64,000 bases of DNA, from positions 186,001 to 250,000 of the forward strand of contig AP026153.1 in the NCBI GenBank assembly GCA_030295235.1. Reading direction: 5' to 3'. The notes beneath the pieces were generated by a model. The model saw only the letters and a list, made by a program, of their open reading frames with translations, was not told the origin of the DNA and ran no database searches. A program made the translations under genes and the position numbers. This DNA comes from Fistulifera solaris (lineage: Eukaryota). This document shows, piece after piece, positions 50,063 through 63,588 of the stretch (the stretch's first letter is position 1; each line of letters begins with the position of its first letter).

Positions 50063-52102
50063 CTACAGACCTAGACGTATGAGTCTGGCCAACTCTGGAA
50101 AACCCTTATGATCGGCCCAACCCTCGGCTGTAAAGCCTTCGAAATCGGGAGAACAGAGCGGCTTGGTATAGTGAAATTGACCTATTTTCGACCGATCTGC
50201 GCCCTGCTGGAGCAGGAACCGAATCAAGTGCCTGTCACCCGCGTACGCTGCGTTGAGAAGAGGTGTGAAACCACCACGGTCGTAACTTTCAATATCCGCA
50301 CCCTTCACCGTCACGAGCCAGCGCACTACCTTGTGTCTTTGGTGGATGACTGCCAAATTCAGTAGCGAATTTCGTTCACACACGACACCGCTGGTATAAT
50401 TAATGTCAAACTGAAAGACCTTTTCAGCGGCTGCCACGAGTTTCTCGATAGATTGCACATGATCGCCTTTCCAAAGTAAAGAAGAACCTTTCGAGAGGAC
50501 ATCGTCCCATTTCTTTCTGGCATTCTCGGTTTCACGGCGGAGCAAAGATAGATAAAGTTCACACCAAGACTTGCGCGGACGCCGCGGCAGCGTCCAGTGG
50601 GACGGGCAAAGCTGTTGCCACATGACTTCCCGCTGCTCGAAACTATTTCTGGTCTTTGTATTAATGCAACGAAGCTTTCCGTGCTCCAGTGCAGGCAGAA
50701 ACGACAAGCAATGTGCCAACACGTCGTCTGGACACCCTTCTACAGGGTCCACGAGCCGTACAAAAATCAAATGGAGGAAATTCTTGCTTTTTTCGGCTCG
50801 CCTTCTCCTTTTCTTCCAATATGGCATCAATGAAAACCAGTTCGGGTGCCTCGAGCGAGAGTTCGTGGGATGGCTTGTTGTCAGCCGATTGCGAAGATGC
50901 CACTACAGCGTCCTTTAAGCGCTCTCGCTGACGCTTGCGTCGCTGAACAAGCCACTGATTTTTTTCGTACGCGAAGCCATTCGGTAAAATTGCCGTCCTC
51001 CAAATGGGCCACTCCGTTGACATCGTCTTCGATCCTTCGCCGTTTTTGTTTGTTCCACGAATACGATTGTTTCCACCGCAATTTAGACATGTTCATCCAT
51101 TGCTGAAAACTATCGTAGCCCTGCGATGACCAAAAATCATTCGAAACGGTACAATCGGATCGATCCCATTCTTTCTTGGAGCTTCCTTTTTTATACATTC
51201 TTCTTCAATCCATGTTTGCGTGTAGGGATACACCTTATAAGAGCTCCGCCATTTTCGCTTTCGATCGGCTAGCCAACTTGAAAAATCCGTCGTGCAATAC
51301 GGATGAAGAAACTGCTGTGCATAGGTACCTTCATCTGGATCGCCATGAACATACGTGTCATCATACGGTAATGGTTTGCCTGTTGTAGTATCGACGAACA
51401 AAGGATTGGTATACACACTCGGTATTGGTTTGACAACAGTAGGAGTACTCAAGATACGTTTCGTTGCCGCAATTCGTTTCTTTCTGGGAGCAAAATAGGG
51501 CGCCAAAATGACATTCGCCGCTTGTGCCGCGAAACACGACGACTGATACAAATTACACAAGCCACTGCGCATTCGAACTTCATGTTGATGGCACGCCATC
51601 GACACAGCCTTGTGATGACGAGCAATGAGTAGACAGAGTTGTTGCGTGGATCGCAAATACTGTGCGAGTGCATCGACGTAAGAACCGTATTGATAGGGAA
51701 GGTGGCCGTTAATAGCGAGCACTAAATCTCCTGGAAGTAACGCTGGTGATACTGAGGATTGTGCTTGTCGTATAATGCGAGGGACTGCTTGTTGTGAGAA
51801 AAGAGGTGCTTGGAGCCACTTAGAAGGAAGAGATTCGGTGACGGAAGAGGAAGGAGCTATCCAGTGTCCTTGAATCAGCTGTGGCAATGTCGTGACGGAA
51901 CCCAAAATCACCAGAGAACCGAAATTCGAAAAGGAAATTCCCCATGCTTGATGTAAAGAGGATCGTTGGAGCAATACGACAACAAAGGAGAAGGGGGTCG
52001 GCTAGTTGCATTATTTGACACCGAAGGCGTTACTACACGGCAGTTGGGTGTCTTCTTCGGGGGAGGAGGAGAATTATATGGCGCCGGCGTTACAGGCACC
52101 AT
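50063..52102 (-). CDS. PDZ-like + F-box + ankyrin-repeat protein (frameshifted in the assembly)
   Basis: PGDLVLAING; CPDDVLAHCLSFL...WQQLC; NSLLNLAV, GFTPLLNAAYAG. Reading frame shifts near 51990, 51190, 50960 and 50790. Confidence 0.75.
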
Positions 52103-52608
52103 TCGTTGCTTTCTCTTGTCGTATTCGCTGTGCCGTCAGAAAGAAAAAGAATTGCATCGATGCAATGATGCGCGTCTGGTCTATAAAGTCTACAACAAAG
52201 ACAACGGCGCTCCAAGATGAAAACGCGGGGTTGACGTTTTTGTTGACGTTGACGGACGAGAAAAAAGAAGATTTCAGAATTTCCTTCGGACACTGGTTTG
52301 CAAAGTACATCGTACCGTGTTGAGTACCGTATCAAAGTGTCCAGAGTACATAAGTGCATAGAGTAAATGAAAACAAGCGAAGCTCCAGCCTGTCCATCCA
52401 TCTGGTACGATTTGTAAGGACGAGAAACGAAAAACGCTAGGACAAAGCGAAACCACACATTATTTTTTCGCATGCAACAGACATAAAACAAAAGCGACAC
52501 CCGTTTTGACACAAAACAATGAAATACTCCGTAAAATATTAGTGATATAAGATCATTACCTTCTTTCTATAGCAAACGCTGCATTCTGTAAAGAGCGAAG
52601 TGGTGTAG

Positions 52609-53337
<729 letters not shown>

Positions 53338-53401
53338 CTATTGGAATAGAGTTCTACTGAAAAAATAATATATACTCCGTATGTTACAGGGAGACCACAT
53401 C

Positions 53402-53980
53402 TCACTTGCGCGACTTGGACCGTGTCGCTTTGAACTTCTTTGTTCTCTTTTTCTTGACCGGTGTATTCTCTTTCTTCAAAGCCTTCTTTTGTTCTTTCTT
53501 TTCATTGCGCTCCTTCAATTGCCGCGCCGTCTCTTTTTGTCGTTGTGACGCGGTTTGGGCCATGGTATTTTGCAAATGTTCACGAATCGTCGCAAAGGGG
53601 TCGGCTTGAAAAGCAGGATGTTGTAGGACTAAATTCATATGCGCTACTTCTTTCTGTACGAGATTTTGCTTTGCTTTGTTGGATTTGATGATTGGGGCAG
53701 TCGACGTTGATGCTGGCGCTTCGTCTTCTTTGTCAACGACAGTATCCAGTAGCGCCGACCGAATGGCATCCATTCCATCAATTTGTTTCTTTTGTTCTTC
53801 TTGTCGCTTCAGCTTTAGAGAAGAGAGAATCATTTTCTCTTTTTGTAAGTATTGTTCACGTTTTTGCAGCCGCTTCCGTTGTCCTCGGCTCAATTCATCG
53901 CCTGCTTCTTTGGCGGTTTCTTTCACAGCTGCTGCTGCCGCCGCCTTACGAAATGTTCCTACTTTGGCTAATTTCGGCAT
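53402..53980 (-). CDS. Ribosome biogenesis protein SLX9/FAM207A-like
   Basis: LSRGQRKR, VLQHPAFQADPFATIREHLQNT, Lys-rich tail. Confidence 0.8.
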   Translation of the reverse strand: MPKLAKVGTFRKAAAAAAVKETAKEAGDELSRGQRKRLQKREQYLQKEKMILSSLKLKRQEEQKKQIDGMDAIRSALLDTVVDKEDEAPASTSTAPIIKSNKAKQNLVQKEVAHMNLVLQHPAFQADPFATIREHLQNTMAQTASQRQKETARQLKERNEKKEQKKALKKENTPVKKKRTKKFKATRSKSRK

Positions 53981-54635
53981 TCTTGTGTTGGTCAATGCTC
54001 AGGAAAACGAGTAATAATGAGAAGGCGCAAGTATTACGGATATGACGAGCAAGATGCCGTTTACGGCATTTCATAAAGAACAGTAAAAAATCGAATGGAG
54101 GTGACGATGAAGGCGCGGAAAAGACTCGTGACTCATGGTAACGGCTCATTCGTATTATTTTTTCTGTTTGTATGCGCGTGCGCGTGCGCGTATTCCTTCT
54201 GATAATGACTTAAACTCCAGTCGGGGAAACAAATAGTCTAATAGTCGTCGCTACTCGCTACTCCGTATTTTTTGTTTTGTGTCAAGCGGGTGATTAGTGT
54301 ATAGGGGCTAAGCTCACAGTTATGTTTGCCTCGCTCATCAAGCATAGACTAGTAGGAGTAAACGCCTATGACTCAAGTACAAGGGAAAAGATTTTGCCAA
54401 GTACTGCTTCTGTAACCAAACCCGGTGCAAAACTAAGCTTAACAATTCATCGTCACGCCTCTGCTTTGATCATTCTTGCTAAGATTAATGAAATTTTCAA
54501 GTCAGCTGAATTTGAGGCTTAGCTTCTGAAAACAGGGCAAGAGGTTCGTTCAACTAGGTATGTTGCCCGTAAACTTTCAATTCACCTAGTCAACAGCTAA
54601 TGTACAAAGTCATCTAATCTTAGTCTACTCGTATC

Positions 54636-56318
54636 TCATCTGCAAGAAGCTTTGTCTGCTAATGGTCGTAGGTGCACACGCTCTAAATTCGAAACCTCCA
54701 ATTCACTTGAAGGATTCGTTGATAATAGTAAAATCTCTTCAAACATCACGACCATTCTTTCAAAATCGTTGTCGCCAAACAACTCACTCAATGTGTCCAA
54801 GTGATTCGAGAGTAAGAGTGCCGAGTACTGAAAGTTTTGCGACGCCCTTTCGATCAAGGCAGTCGGCACCAGATTTTGCCGATCGGATGAAGACGAAGTC
54901 ACCAACTCTTTGATCCATTAAAGATGTCATTCAGTAAGTAAAGCTTGTCAATACGTGGTCCATTGGAGCATCTTTTCCCAACTCGATCGTAGACAGTGAT
55001 GCTTCGATTGCGGGTGAGCAATTTCTCCAGAGCCTTAAAGTCTCGGTTGAACCAGGAGTCCATATCGTAAGAAGCATCATCGTCGTCGTCATCTTCTCGA
55101 CAAGGTTCGAACGGAAGTAATTCTTTCACAATGAATTTGCGCAAACTCTTGTGGTCTTCCATTGCTGCAAAATACCTTCGTAACCCGACCAGTCGGCCCG
55201 CCAGTGAGTAGTGCTCAAATCCAACAATTCCAACTTGGGGTTGCCTTTGATGGCGTTGATCAATGCTTCTGAAGTAGTACGTTCAACGTCAAATGATTCG
55301 GTGCCGTCAAAGTTCCACAAATCGGCATCGCGGAAGCCATTATTCCAAAAGTCAATAGATAGGCGCAAACTCCTTAAATGACCTAGCTCGGCCATACGGT
55401 TGAAAAATGAAATCAAAGGTGCATTCCAATTGTCCGCTTTTTCGACATAAAACTTCAAATTGAGATCTTTAGCCACAATATCCAGGGTGTCAAAATCATA
55501 TGGTTGAAAGTGCGCTGCTATGACTTTGCATTCCAGGGCGTTCGTCTTCATCGAAAGCGGCAGAAGGCCGCATTCATGTCTTGAAAAGTAAAACTTGATC
55601 TTCTCGTAGGTTATGTCTAATTTCGTCAGACGCTCTAGATTGGCGCCACTGAAAAGCATCGTGTTCGTCACTAAAATTGTGGCGCTGAAGGATCCGAAAG
55701 AACACGGTTGTCGCGCTTCCAATGCGTCAACAAACGCCGTTCCCTTGTCCCTCAGAACAACATTAGTCAGCTCTATGTTCAATGGGTAAGGCCGCGTGGC
55801 CAAAATAACAGATTGCTCCGCATTCCAAATGCCTCCGTCAATTTCAAAGTACCGTTCGGGATTTGCATCGAAAATGCGTGCTAGTTGTTGGGGCAAAAGG
55901 CCGCAAATTCAAACTGATCGATCTTTCGAATGCGAATTTCAAGGCGGGACTCGCGGTTTTCGTAATACTTCAGCGACCAGTAAAAGGTCGCAGTCTCGGC
56001 AATCGCAGCATCGGTTTTGCCATATATCACACAGTCTGCTTTATTCGCGTCGCTTTCGTTGTAAATTGTAAAACGAAGGCTTCGCCCTTTGTACTTGGGT
56101 CGACCACCGACACAAAGTAGAGTCCCATTTTCGCGCCAGATCACTACTCCGTGCCGATACACAGCATCCTTATCACCGCAATCGAAATCCTCCATACGAG
56201 TTGGTTCTCGTCGCAATGTATACATGGGCAAAGTTTCTCCGTGAGTACTCGTTCGGAATTCCTGGAGCTCGCGCGATGCTTGTGAAATCAGCTCTATTAT
56301 ATTCTCTTGCTCTGTCAT
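54636..56318 (-). CDS. Repeated-family protein, copy E (3 frameshifts)
   Basis: IIELI, LRREP, IWRENGTL, IYGKTDAAIAETATFYWSL, AEQSVILATRPYP, LLTRNR, CSNG, LLLSNHLDTLSE. Confidence 0.8.
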
Positions 56319-57161
56319 TTTCGTGCTTCTTTATGTCATGGGACCAACAAGTCGCTTCGCTTGAAGCCCCAAAGATTAAGATACTTTCAGCTTTATAGGA
56401 GCTGCAACAATCATCACCAACCTTTTGCTGAATGTCTGATGTTTGGATGCTTTTATCAGTGCAATAACGCAAAAATGAATGAATAAAGATCGCTTGACAA
56501 GATACAATAAGGTTGAAGTTAGCTCCGTGCGCCAACGGATCTTTTTGGGACCGGTACTCAGCTATGTGCTCTGTTTGTATTTTGTTTTGCTTTCCATAGT
56601 TGCAGCGCGCAACACAGCTCCATGGCGTTCTCAGTCCAGACATTCAGGATGAAACGTCCCGCTCCATTTGTGTTCAAGAAAAGTTAGATCAGACGTGCAG
56701 GGAAATGTTTTATTTATTAATGAAGTTTGACGACAGAATGATAATTTTAATTAGCACGCATCTAACAACAATAAATGCTATTTCTGACTTTATCCTCGTG
56801 CTGCTTTCTTCGTCGCCCGCGGTAGTGGCTCGTTTCTTTTACGTTTCGAACCCGCTGTTTCAGTCAGAGGCAACGAAGCTGGCCCTATGTGCGAAAGACA
56901 GCTAAGGATAGTTTCCACCTGTTATTTCGTTCCTTTAGGCGCTCCTATTTTATGTTCAGCTGCAGATAAGCAATTCGCATCTTAATTTCTCTTTCTGAGA
57001 TATATTATCAAATCCCATATAGTGTGTGATGAATCTTTTCCGTAAATTCCCAGTACCTAAAAAGCCCTAGCGATTCAACGGACTGCTATTCATTCATACG
57101 GTATGGACGAAATACTACGCAAATATAATATCATCTAAAGACATCGAGCTTTTCCTATACT

Positions 57162-58871
57162 TTACTTTCGAGCAGCTTTCCTTGCTGCCCGTGGCGGCTG
57201 AATCCTCAATTTGCGTTTTAAATCCGCCGATTTAGGTGGAGGTATCGAAGCAGGTAACGCAGTCTCTTCCGAAGCCACGAACAAGTCCTCTAAGTTAGCA
57301 TCGTGAAGCAGCTCGCACAATATGTCTGCATGATTCGACAGCAATAGCGCAGATTTCTGAAATGTTTCGGAAGCGCTTTCGATCAGAGCTGTCGCTACCA
57401 GCAAGGGCCTTAAGGATGTCGACTCCTTGACAAGCTCTTTATATCCGTCCATTCTGTTCAACAAATAAACGCTGTCAATTTCTTCTCCGTTGGAGCACCT
57501 GTGCCCTGAACTGTCATGAACAACAATTTTTCGGTTCTTGGAGACCAATTGCTTTAGCCAATCATAGACATCCGATCCGTCCCCTGAATCTTCGCTGGTA
57601 GAATCGTCACTGTCGGACTCATCACTGTCGGAATGATCCATCTCCGGACCATAATCGTGAGGCACAAGTTCGTCGACCATGAATTTGCGGAGGTTCGGGT
57701 GGTCTTCCATGGCTTCAAACATTGCCCTGAAGTGGAAGCCCCAATCCAAACACCGGTACGATTCGCCCAAATCCAGGCATTCTAAACCGGGGTTGTCAGC
57801 AATGGCTTCGATCAGTGCTTCGGCGATGTGCGTAGTATCTTTGATTTTATAGTATCCTTCGAACCCCTGATGAACGGAGACGCGCAACTTTTGAAAATGA
57901 CCGAGCTCAGCTATACGTTCAAAGATGGAGATGAGATGTTCATCCCAATCATATGTATCGCCCAAGTTGATTCTCAAATCAAGAACTTTTGTCGAGATAT
58001 CGAGGTCCTCAAAATCGCTTGAATCCAAAGAAGTAAGGTCAAACTCATAACTGAGTGCCTTTGTCATCATGGAGAAAGGAAGAAGGGCGCATTCATCATA
58101 CAAAATACCCAAATCGAGTTTTTCGAATGATATATTCAGATTGAGAAATCGCTCGACATTGTCGTGACTCATAGGGATAAGATGGGCGTAGCAAAACGTC
58201 ATGCTGAACAAGCCAAAGAAAGGTTGATCTCGTTTTGATAGCGCGTCGACAAAGGCTGTTCCGTTGTCACCGATACTCAGCCATGTCAGCTTCACATTCA
58301 AAGGAAACGAACGCGTCGCCAAGACAACGGAGTGCTCAGGACTCAAAGTACCTTCCACAAATTCGTATATCCGTTCCGGATTCGCGTCGAAGACATGTGC
58401 TAGCTGTTCGGGTTGAAAAACAGCAGCAAAGTCAAAGTGATCCGTTGAAGGGATAGGAATTTTGAGACGAGATCCCTTGGTGTCGTTGTGCTTCAACGAG
58501 CAGAAGAAGGTAGTCGTTTCAGCAATTGCAGCATCAGTTTTCCCATAGATCTTAAATTCGAAACCATCTCCATAGCCGTCGTATATTGTGAATGAGAAAC
58601 CTCGTTCCTGAAATCCTAACGCCCAGAACAAAGAGCTTGTTATATTTGTGTTGCAAATGAGAGTACCATTATCACGCCAAATCGCGATCTTTTCCTGAAA
58701 GATTGTCCAGCCAAAGTCCTTCCATTGCGTTGGTTCTTGTCGTAACTTGTACATGGGCACCCGATACAATGAGTCGATGGGTCGAAATGATAATTGTTGC
58801 GGTGACAGCTGATCGAGTGGAATATATTGCAAGAATGGATGATTCTCCATTTCCCGTCGCGTCATTTTCAT
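57162..58871 (-). CDS. Repeated-family protein, copy F (intact, ~570 aa)
   Basis: Uninterrupted intronless ORF with all family motifs and a basic C-terminal tail. Confidence 0.88.
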   Translation of the reverse strand: MKMTRREMENHPFLQYIPLDQLSPQQLSFRPIDSLYRVPMYKLRQEPTQWKDFGWTIFQEKIAIWRDNGTLICNTNITSSLFWALGFQERGFSFTIYDGYGDGFEFKIYGKTDAAIAETTTFFCSLKHNDTKGSRLKIPIPSTDHFDFAAVFQPEQLAHVFDANPERIYEFVEGTLSPEHSVVLATRSFPLNVKLTWLSIGDNGTAFVDALSKRDQPFFGLFSMTFCYAHLIPMSHDNVERFLNLNISFEKLDLGILYDECALLPFSMMTKALSYEFDLTSLDSSDFEDLDISTKVLDLRINLGDTYDWDEHLISIFERIAELGHFQKLRVSVHQGFEGYYKIKDTTHIAEALIEAIADNPGLECLDLGESYRCLDWGFHFRAMFEAMEDHPNLRKFMVDELVPHDYGPEMDHSDSDESDSDDSTSEDSGDGSDVYDWLKQLVSKNRKIVVHDSSGHRCSNGEEIDSVYLLNRMDGYKELVKESTSLRPLLVATALIESASETFQKSALLLSNHADILCELLHDANLEDLFVASEETALPASIPPPKSADLKRKLRIQPPRAARKAARK

Positions 58872-59348
58872 CCGACTCTTCAGCGTCACACTTGAATATT
58901 CTTTGTTTGCTCTAATGAATGAGTAGACTCCCCAATGATGAAAGAATATTGCCAGATGCAAAACTTTGAGCCGAAGAAAAGCTGCTGTGCGTGTGTGCGT
59001 TGCTTTTCTTTTGTCACTTGCTTGCTAGCGGTACTAGTAAGGTTAACGTTACTGCAGTCTCGTGTGTGCCCGTCGGTATCGGACCGGTTTTAGCAACGGA
59101 TAGCTAAGGCGAGTTCGAATTGGAGTTTAGATTTCAGTAAATGCAGTTAAGAAATCTTGACTTGGCTACAATCTTCTCCCCGAAACACAGTATGGACGAC
59201 TCGTGTACGATGTAGTCAAAACGAGAACGCTTCGGATCGTATCGTAGTGACGTTACTTTCTTGATAGCTCGGCGCGGCTGAATTCTCAACTCGCTCTTGG
59301 AATGATCTGTTTGATAAAGGACTGTTTGTATGTAAAGAACCTCGTCAT

Positions 59349-61019
59349 CTAACTTCTCAACCTAAAGCAGCTTTCTTCGTTGCCCGCGGCAGCGCTCTCG
59401 CTCATTCCTCGTTTCGAATCCTCCGATGCGACCGAAGGTATCGACGTTAACAGTACAGTCTCCTGCGGCGCCGCAGGTTCAAGACCGGTACCGTAAAACA
59501 ATTCACACAGCACATCCGGATGATGGAATAACAACCACGCAATAAACTGAAAGTTATGAGAAGCGCTATCGACCAACGATGTCGCAACCAGCAATGACCG
59601 TTCAGGTGTAGAATCCTTCACCAGCTTTTCCGATCCATTGAAGAAATCATTCCGTAAATACACTTTGTCGATACTACCTCCGTTAGTGCACCTGCCGTCG
59701 TCATCATACACGGTGATGAACCTGTTGCGGGTAAGCAGTTGCTCCAACCCATAATAAGCATCCGCACAACACTCTTTGTAAAAGTCCTCGTCATCGTCTG
59801 AATCATACGCGTATGGACCTATTGTGTCGAAAATGAATGTGCGCAGCCCTGGGTGACTTTCCATGGCCTTGAAGACATCCCTCGCGTCGTCATGCCACTC
59901 GAAAAGTCGGCGAATATCTCCTATGTCCAAATACTTCAGCTTGGAGTTGGTGTTAATCAATCTAATCAGTGCTTGTACCACGTGGCTACTGTCGGTTCCG
60001 TCGTGTCCATATTTGAAATTACCCACTGATAAGCACATTTTCTCTAGGTGACCGGCCACCCTGTCAAACAACAACGCAAGACATATGCCCCAGTCGGGCG
60101 CATCTAACGAAGCATCTTCGCTCACTTGGAAATCCAATTCTTTAGCCAAAATATTCATCCCATCAAAATCACTAGGCCGAAATTGGGAAATATCAAACGC
60201 ATAGCTGATAATATTCGCCCTCGCGGAGAACGGAAGATGAGCGCATTCCCGGTCCAACTGACACATTTTGAGCGTATCGAATGTTATTTCGAGAGCAAAG
60301 AGACGGTGAAAATTAGTAGAACTGATGGGCATCTCTTGGTCGTACCAGTACTCAAACTTAAACAATCCAAAGGTAGGATTTTGTCTGTTTTCGAGTGCGT
60401 CGACAAAAGCCGTTCCCTTGTCTTTGAAAGCAACGCCTTTGATCCATATGTTCAAAGGATAAACACGAGTGGCCAATACGACGGACTGCTCGGGGCTCAA
60501 ACTTCCAAACTTAAAGCAGTAATGCCGTTCCGGATTTGCGTCAAGTGCGCGTGCGAGCTGCTCGGGTTGGAGGGCATCAGAGTCAAATACGTAATTGGTC
60601 TTCGGTAAAAGTACTTCGAGACGAGATGATGATTTGCTGTCGCTAGAGAGTTTCAGCGACCAAAGAAAAGTAGCTGCTTCTGCAACAGCCTGACTGTTGC
60701 CGACAATAGCGTATGCAGTCGTTGTTTTATGCGCCTCGTCGTACATTTGAAAACAGAGGTATTGCTCCAGGACTCGATAGTAATAGTTCTTCGTGATGCA
60801 AATGAGGACGCCATATTTCTCGCACCATATTATTATTCCTGCACCGGTAGCAACACCCTCATGACAATTTAACTCGTTCAAATAAGACGGTTCTCTCCGC
60901 ATTCGGTGAAGGGGTAAATTGAACTCGGGAGATGCCGGTCTGATAGAATTCAACCAGGGCTGCAGCTGATCTCCTGGAATAAGTTCTAATACAACGTCAT
61001 TCTCCGCTTGCTCTGCCAT
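59349..61019 (-). CDS. Repeated-family protein, copy G (intact, ~556 aa)
   Basis: Uninterrupted intronless ORF with all family motifs. Confidence 0.88.
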   Translation of the reverse strand: MAEQAENDVVLELIPGDQLQPWLNSIRPASPEFNLPLHRMRREPSYLNELNCHEGVATGAGIIIWCEKYGVLICITKNYYYRVLEQYLCFQMYDEAHKTTTAYAIVGNSQAVAEAATFLWSLKLSSDSKSSSRLEVLLPKTNYVFDSDALQPEQLARALDANPERHYCFKFGSLSPEQSVVLATRVYPLNIWIKGVAFKDKGTAFVDALENRQNPTFGLFKFEYWYDQEMPISSTNFHRLFALEITFDTLKMCQLDRECAHLPFSARANIISYAFDISQFRPSDFDGMNILAKELDFQVSEDASLDAPDWGICLALLFDRVAGHLEKMCLSVGNFKYGHDGTDSSHVVQALIRLINTNSKLKYLDIGDIRRLFEWHDDARDVFKAMESHPGLRTFIFDTIGPYAYDSDDDEDFYKECCADAYYGLEQLLTRNRFITVYDDDGRCTNGGSIDKVYLRNDFFNGSEKLVKDSTPERSLLVATSLVDSASHNFQFIAWLLFHHPDVLCELFYGTGLEPAAPQETVLLTSIPSVASEDSKRGMSESAAAGNEESCFRLRS

Positions 61020-61484
61020 CTTTGCACTTTTTCGTTTACTGGAAATTGAAATAGTAACGTAGACAGAAGGATATTTGTTACAATGTTGGCTCTGGACTAT
61101 GTTATTATTATTCATTCATCAACGTTCGTCGTCATTTTTCTGGCGCAATACCTGGTAAGCTGCAACCTGCAACACGCGAAAAAATAACAATATTTGCTAG
61201 GTCGACGCCCGACGGACGGACGATGATTCGTAGTAACTCATCCTAAAGCAGGTGGCTAGACATAGCTAGTCTCTAGAGGTTCGCTGATTCACATTCGCTG
61301 CAGTGCTCACTGTGGTGTTCAACTTTCGTGATCGATCCGACACAATATTAGTATCTTTGAAGGATCTTTTTCGGCGACGAATTAGGAAAAGCGACTACTA
61401 CCAGGTATGCATACCATCTGCTGAACTAAAATATAAACCAAATACTACGCAATCATAATTAACTACAGCATGTGCGTGCGTGTC

Positions 61485-63161
61485 TTAAGTTCGAGCAGCT
61501 TTCTTTGTTGCCGGTGGCGGCGGTGACCCGCTCCTTCTGCGTTTCGAATCTTCCGATTCAACTGGAGTTATCGACGTTTGCTCTGGTTCTATTGCTTCCT
61601 CAGGCACCACAGTAACTTCCTCTATGTTGACGACTTGCATCAATTCACACAGCATGTCTGCATGATTCGACATCAATAGCGCAGAGTGCAGGAACTTCCT
61701 GGAAGTGCTTTCGACCAGCGCCGTCGCCACAAGTAACGGCCGAAGGGATGTCGACTCTTTGACAAGATCTGTAGATCCGTTTAGTATGTCATTCAGCAAA
61801 TAAATAGTGTCAATCGCTTCTCCATTCGAGCACCTCTTTCCTGAGCTATTATAGACGACAATCTTTCGATTTCTTGAGAGCAATTGTCTGAGCCATTCAT
61901 AAGCTGCAGGTTCGCTCTCGGAACCATCACTCTCATCGCAATCAATGTCGTCATTGTAGAATTTGCGGCACGAGTTTTTTTAAATGAAACTCGCGTAGTC
62001 CTTTGTGGTCTTCCATGGCTTTAAAAATACCCTGGAAGTGAGCAAACCATTCCAAACACCGATAAGAATCGCTCAAATCCAAGCACTTCAGCTTGTGATT
62101 GGCAGTAATGGCTGTGATCAGTGCTTCCGCAACATGTGAAGTATCATCGTGTATAATACATCCAAGATAGCCCTCGTTAACGGAAATACGCAATCTTTCA
62201 AAGTGGCCCAACTCCGCTAATCGATGAAAAAAGCAAACAAGATGCTCATCCCATTCAAATGTCATACCCAGATTGAATTTCAAAAACAAATCTTCTGCTA
62301 TGATGTCCAAGGATTCGAAATCGCTTGCTTCTAAAGACGTCAATTCGATTTCATAGACAAGAGCGTTTGATTTCACGGAAAACGGCAAAAGGCACATTCA
62401 CTTTCCAACATGCCTATCTCGAGCTTCTCGAATGCAAGATTGAGCTTAAGAAAACGCTGAACATTCTCGCGACTCAAAGGTACATGTTCTGCGTCGCAAA
62501 ATGTCATGCTGAACATGCCGAAGGAATATTGCTGTCTTGTCTCCAAAGCGTTGACGAAAGCCGTCCCGTTGTCCTCAAAACTCACCCATACGAGCTTTAC
62601 ATTTAATGGGAAAGAACGCGTCGCCAAGATGACCGATTGCTCTGCACTCCAAGTGCCTTCTTCGAATTCGAAATGCATATCCGGATTGGCGTCGAAGATG
62701 CGAGCCAGCTGCTCGGGTTGGATGGTAGGGAGGCTCGGCATTCTTAGACGACCTTCTTCGCATTCGCCCTGCTTCAACGACCAGAAAAATGTGGCCGTTT
62801 CAACAATTGTAGCATCTGTTTTGCCATAAATCTCAAGGTCTACTCCGTCGTATCTGCCGGCTTCATAGTCTTTATAGAGTGTAAAAGATATGTTTTGTTC
62901 TCGAAAACCACTTGGCCGCCAACAATCATGATTCACAATGCAAAGAAGTGTTCTGTTTTCGCGCCAAATTGCCAAGTCGTGGTCGAAAAATGCGCCGTCA
63001 TGAAATATTTCGCCCCAAAAAGTCGGATCTCGTCGCATTCGGTACAGCGGCATTCTCGTTTCGTTCGACGGTCGGAATGCCTTTTGTTCCTCTGACAGTT
63101 GATCCACCGGAATCAATTCCAGTAAAGAATGACACTTCCCATCTGGTTGCGCCATTCTCAT
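61485..63161 (-). CDS. Repeated-family protein, copy H (2 indels near 62390 and 61965)
   Basis: All family motifs present; closest to copy F; tail SKRRRSGSPPPPATKKAART. Confidence 0.83.
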
Positions 63162-63588
63162 CAGATATTGTCCAGGGATGCTCAAAGAGGCTTTCTAGCT
63201 TTTGAAGGTGCGAGCCCATTTGATTTTCTGTTTTCTGCGGTGCTTTTATTGTATGTTTACTAGCGTACTAAGGTCAACGTTAAAAAGGTCCTCGAGGAGA
63301 GATGTCCGTCCGGTATGGGACCTAGCATTAATTCCTTGCAACGTATTGGTTTTATCTACAAATTGTCATGTGCTACATACACTCACGGCTCAAGATAATT
63401 GCGAATAAACCTCCATACAAACATACCGTAATAGAGATAACGTATAGATTGCGTATAGTCAATTCAGACAATGTTGTGGCAGCACATAGCTAGCGCCAGA
63501 GGTGCATCCTGTGGATGCGCGTTAACAAGTTTTCCTCCTTCTCTTTCAAAAAAGCAAATATTGTAATATGGGGTATTGATCAATACGA

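Noticed and set aside
54302..54528. Weak inverted repeat TAGGGGCTAAGC / GCTTAGCTTCTG
   Set aside because: Poor match and no TSD.
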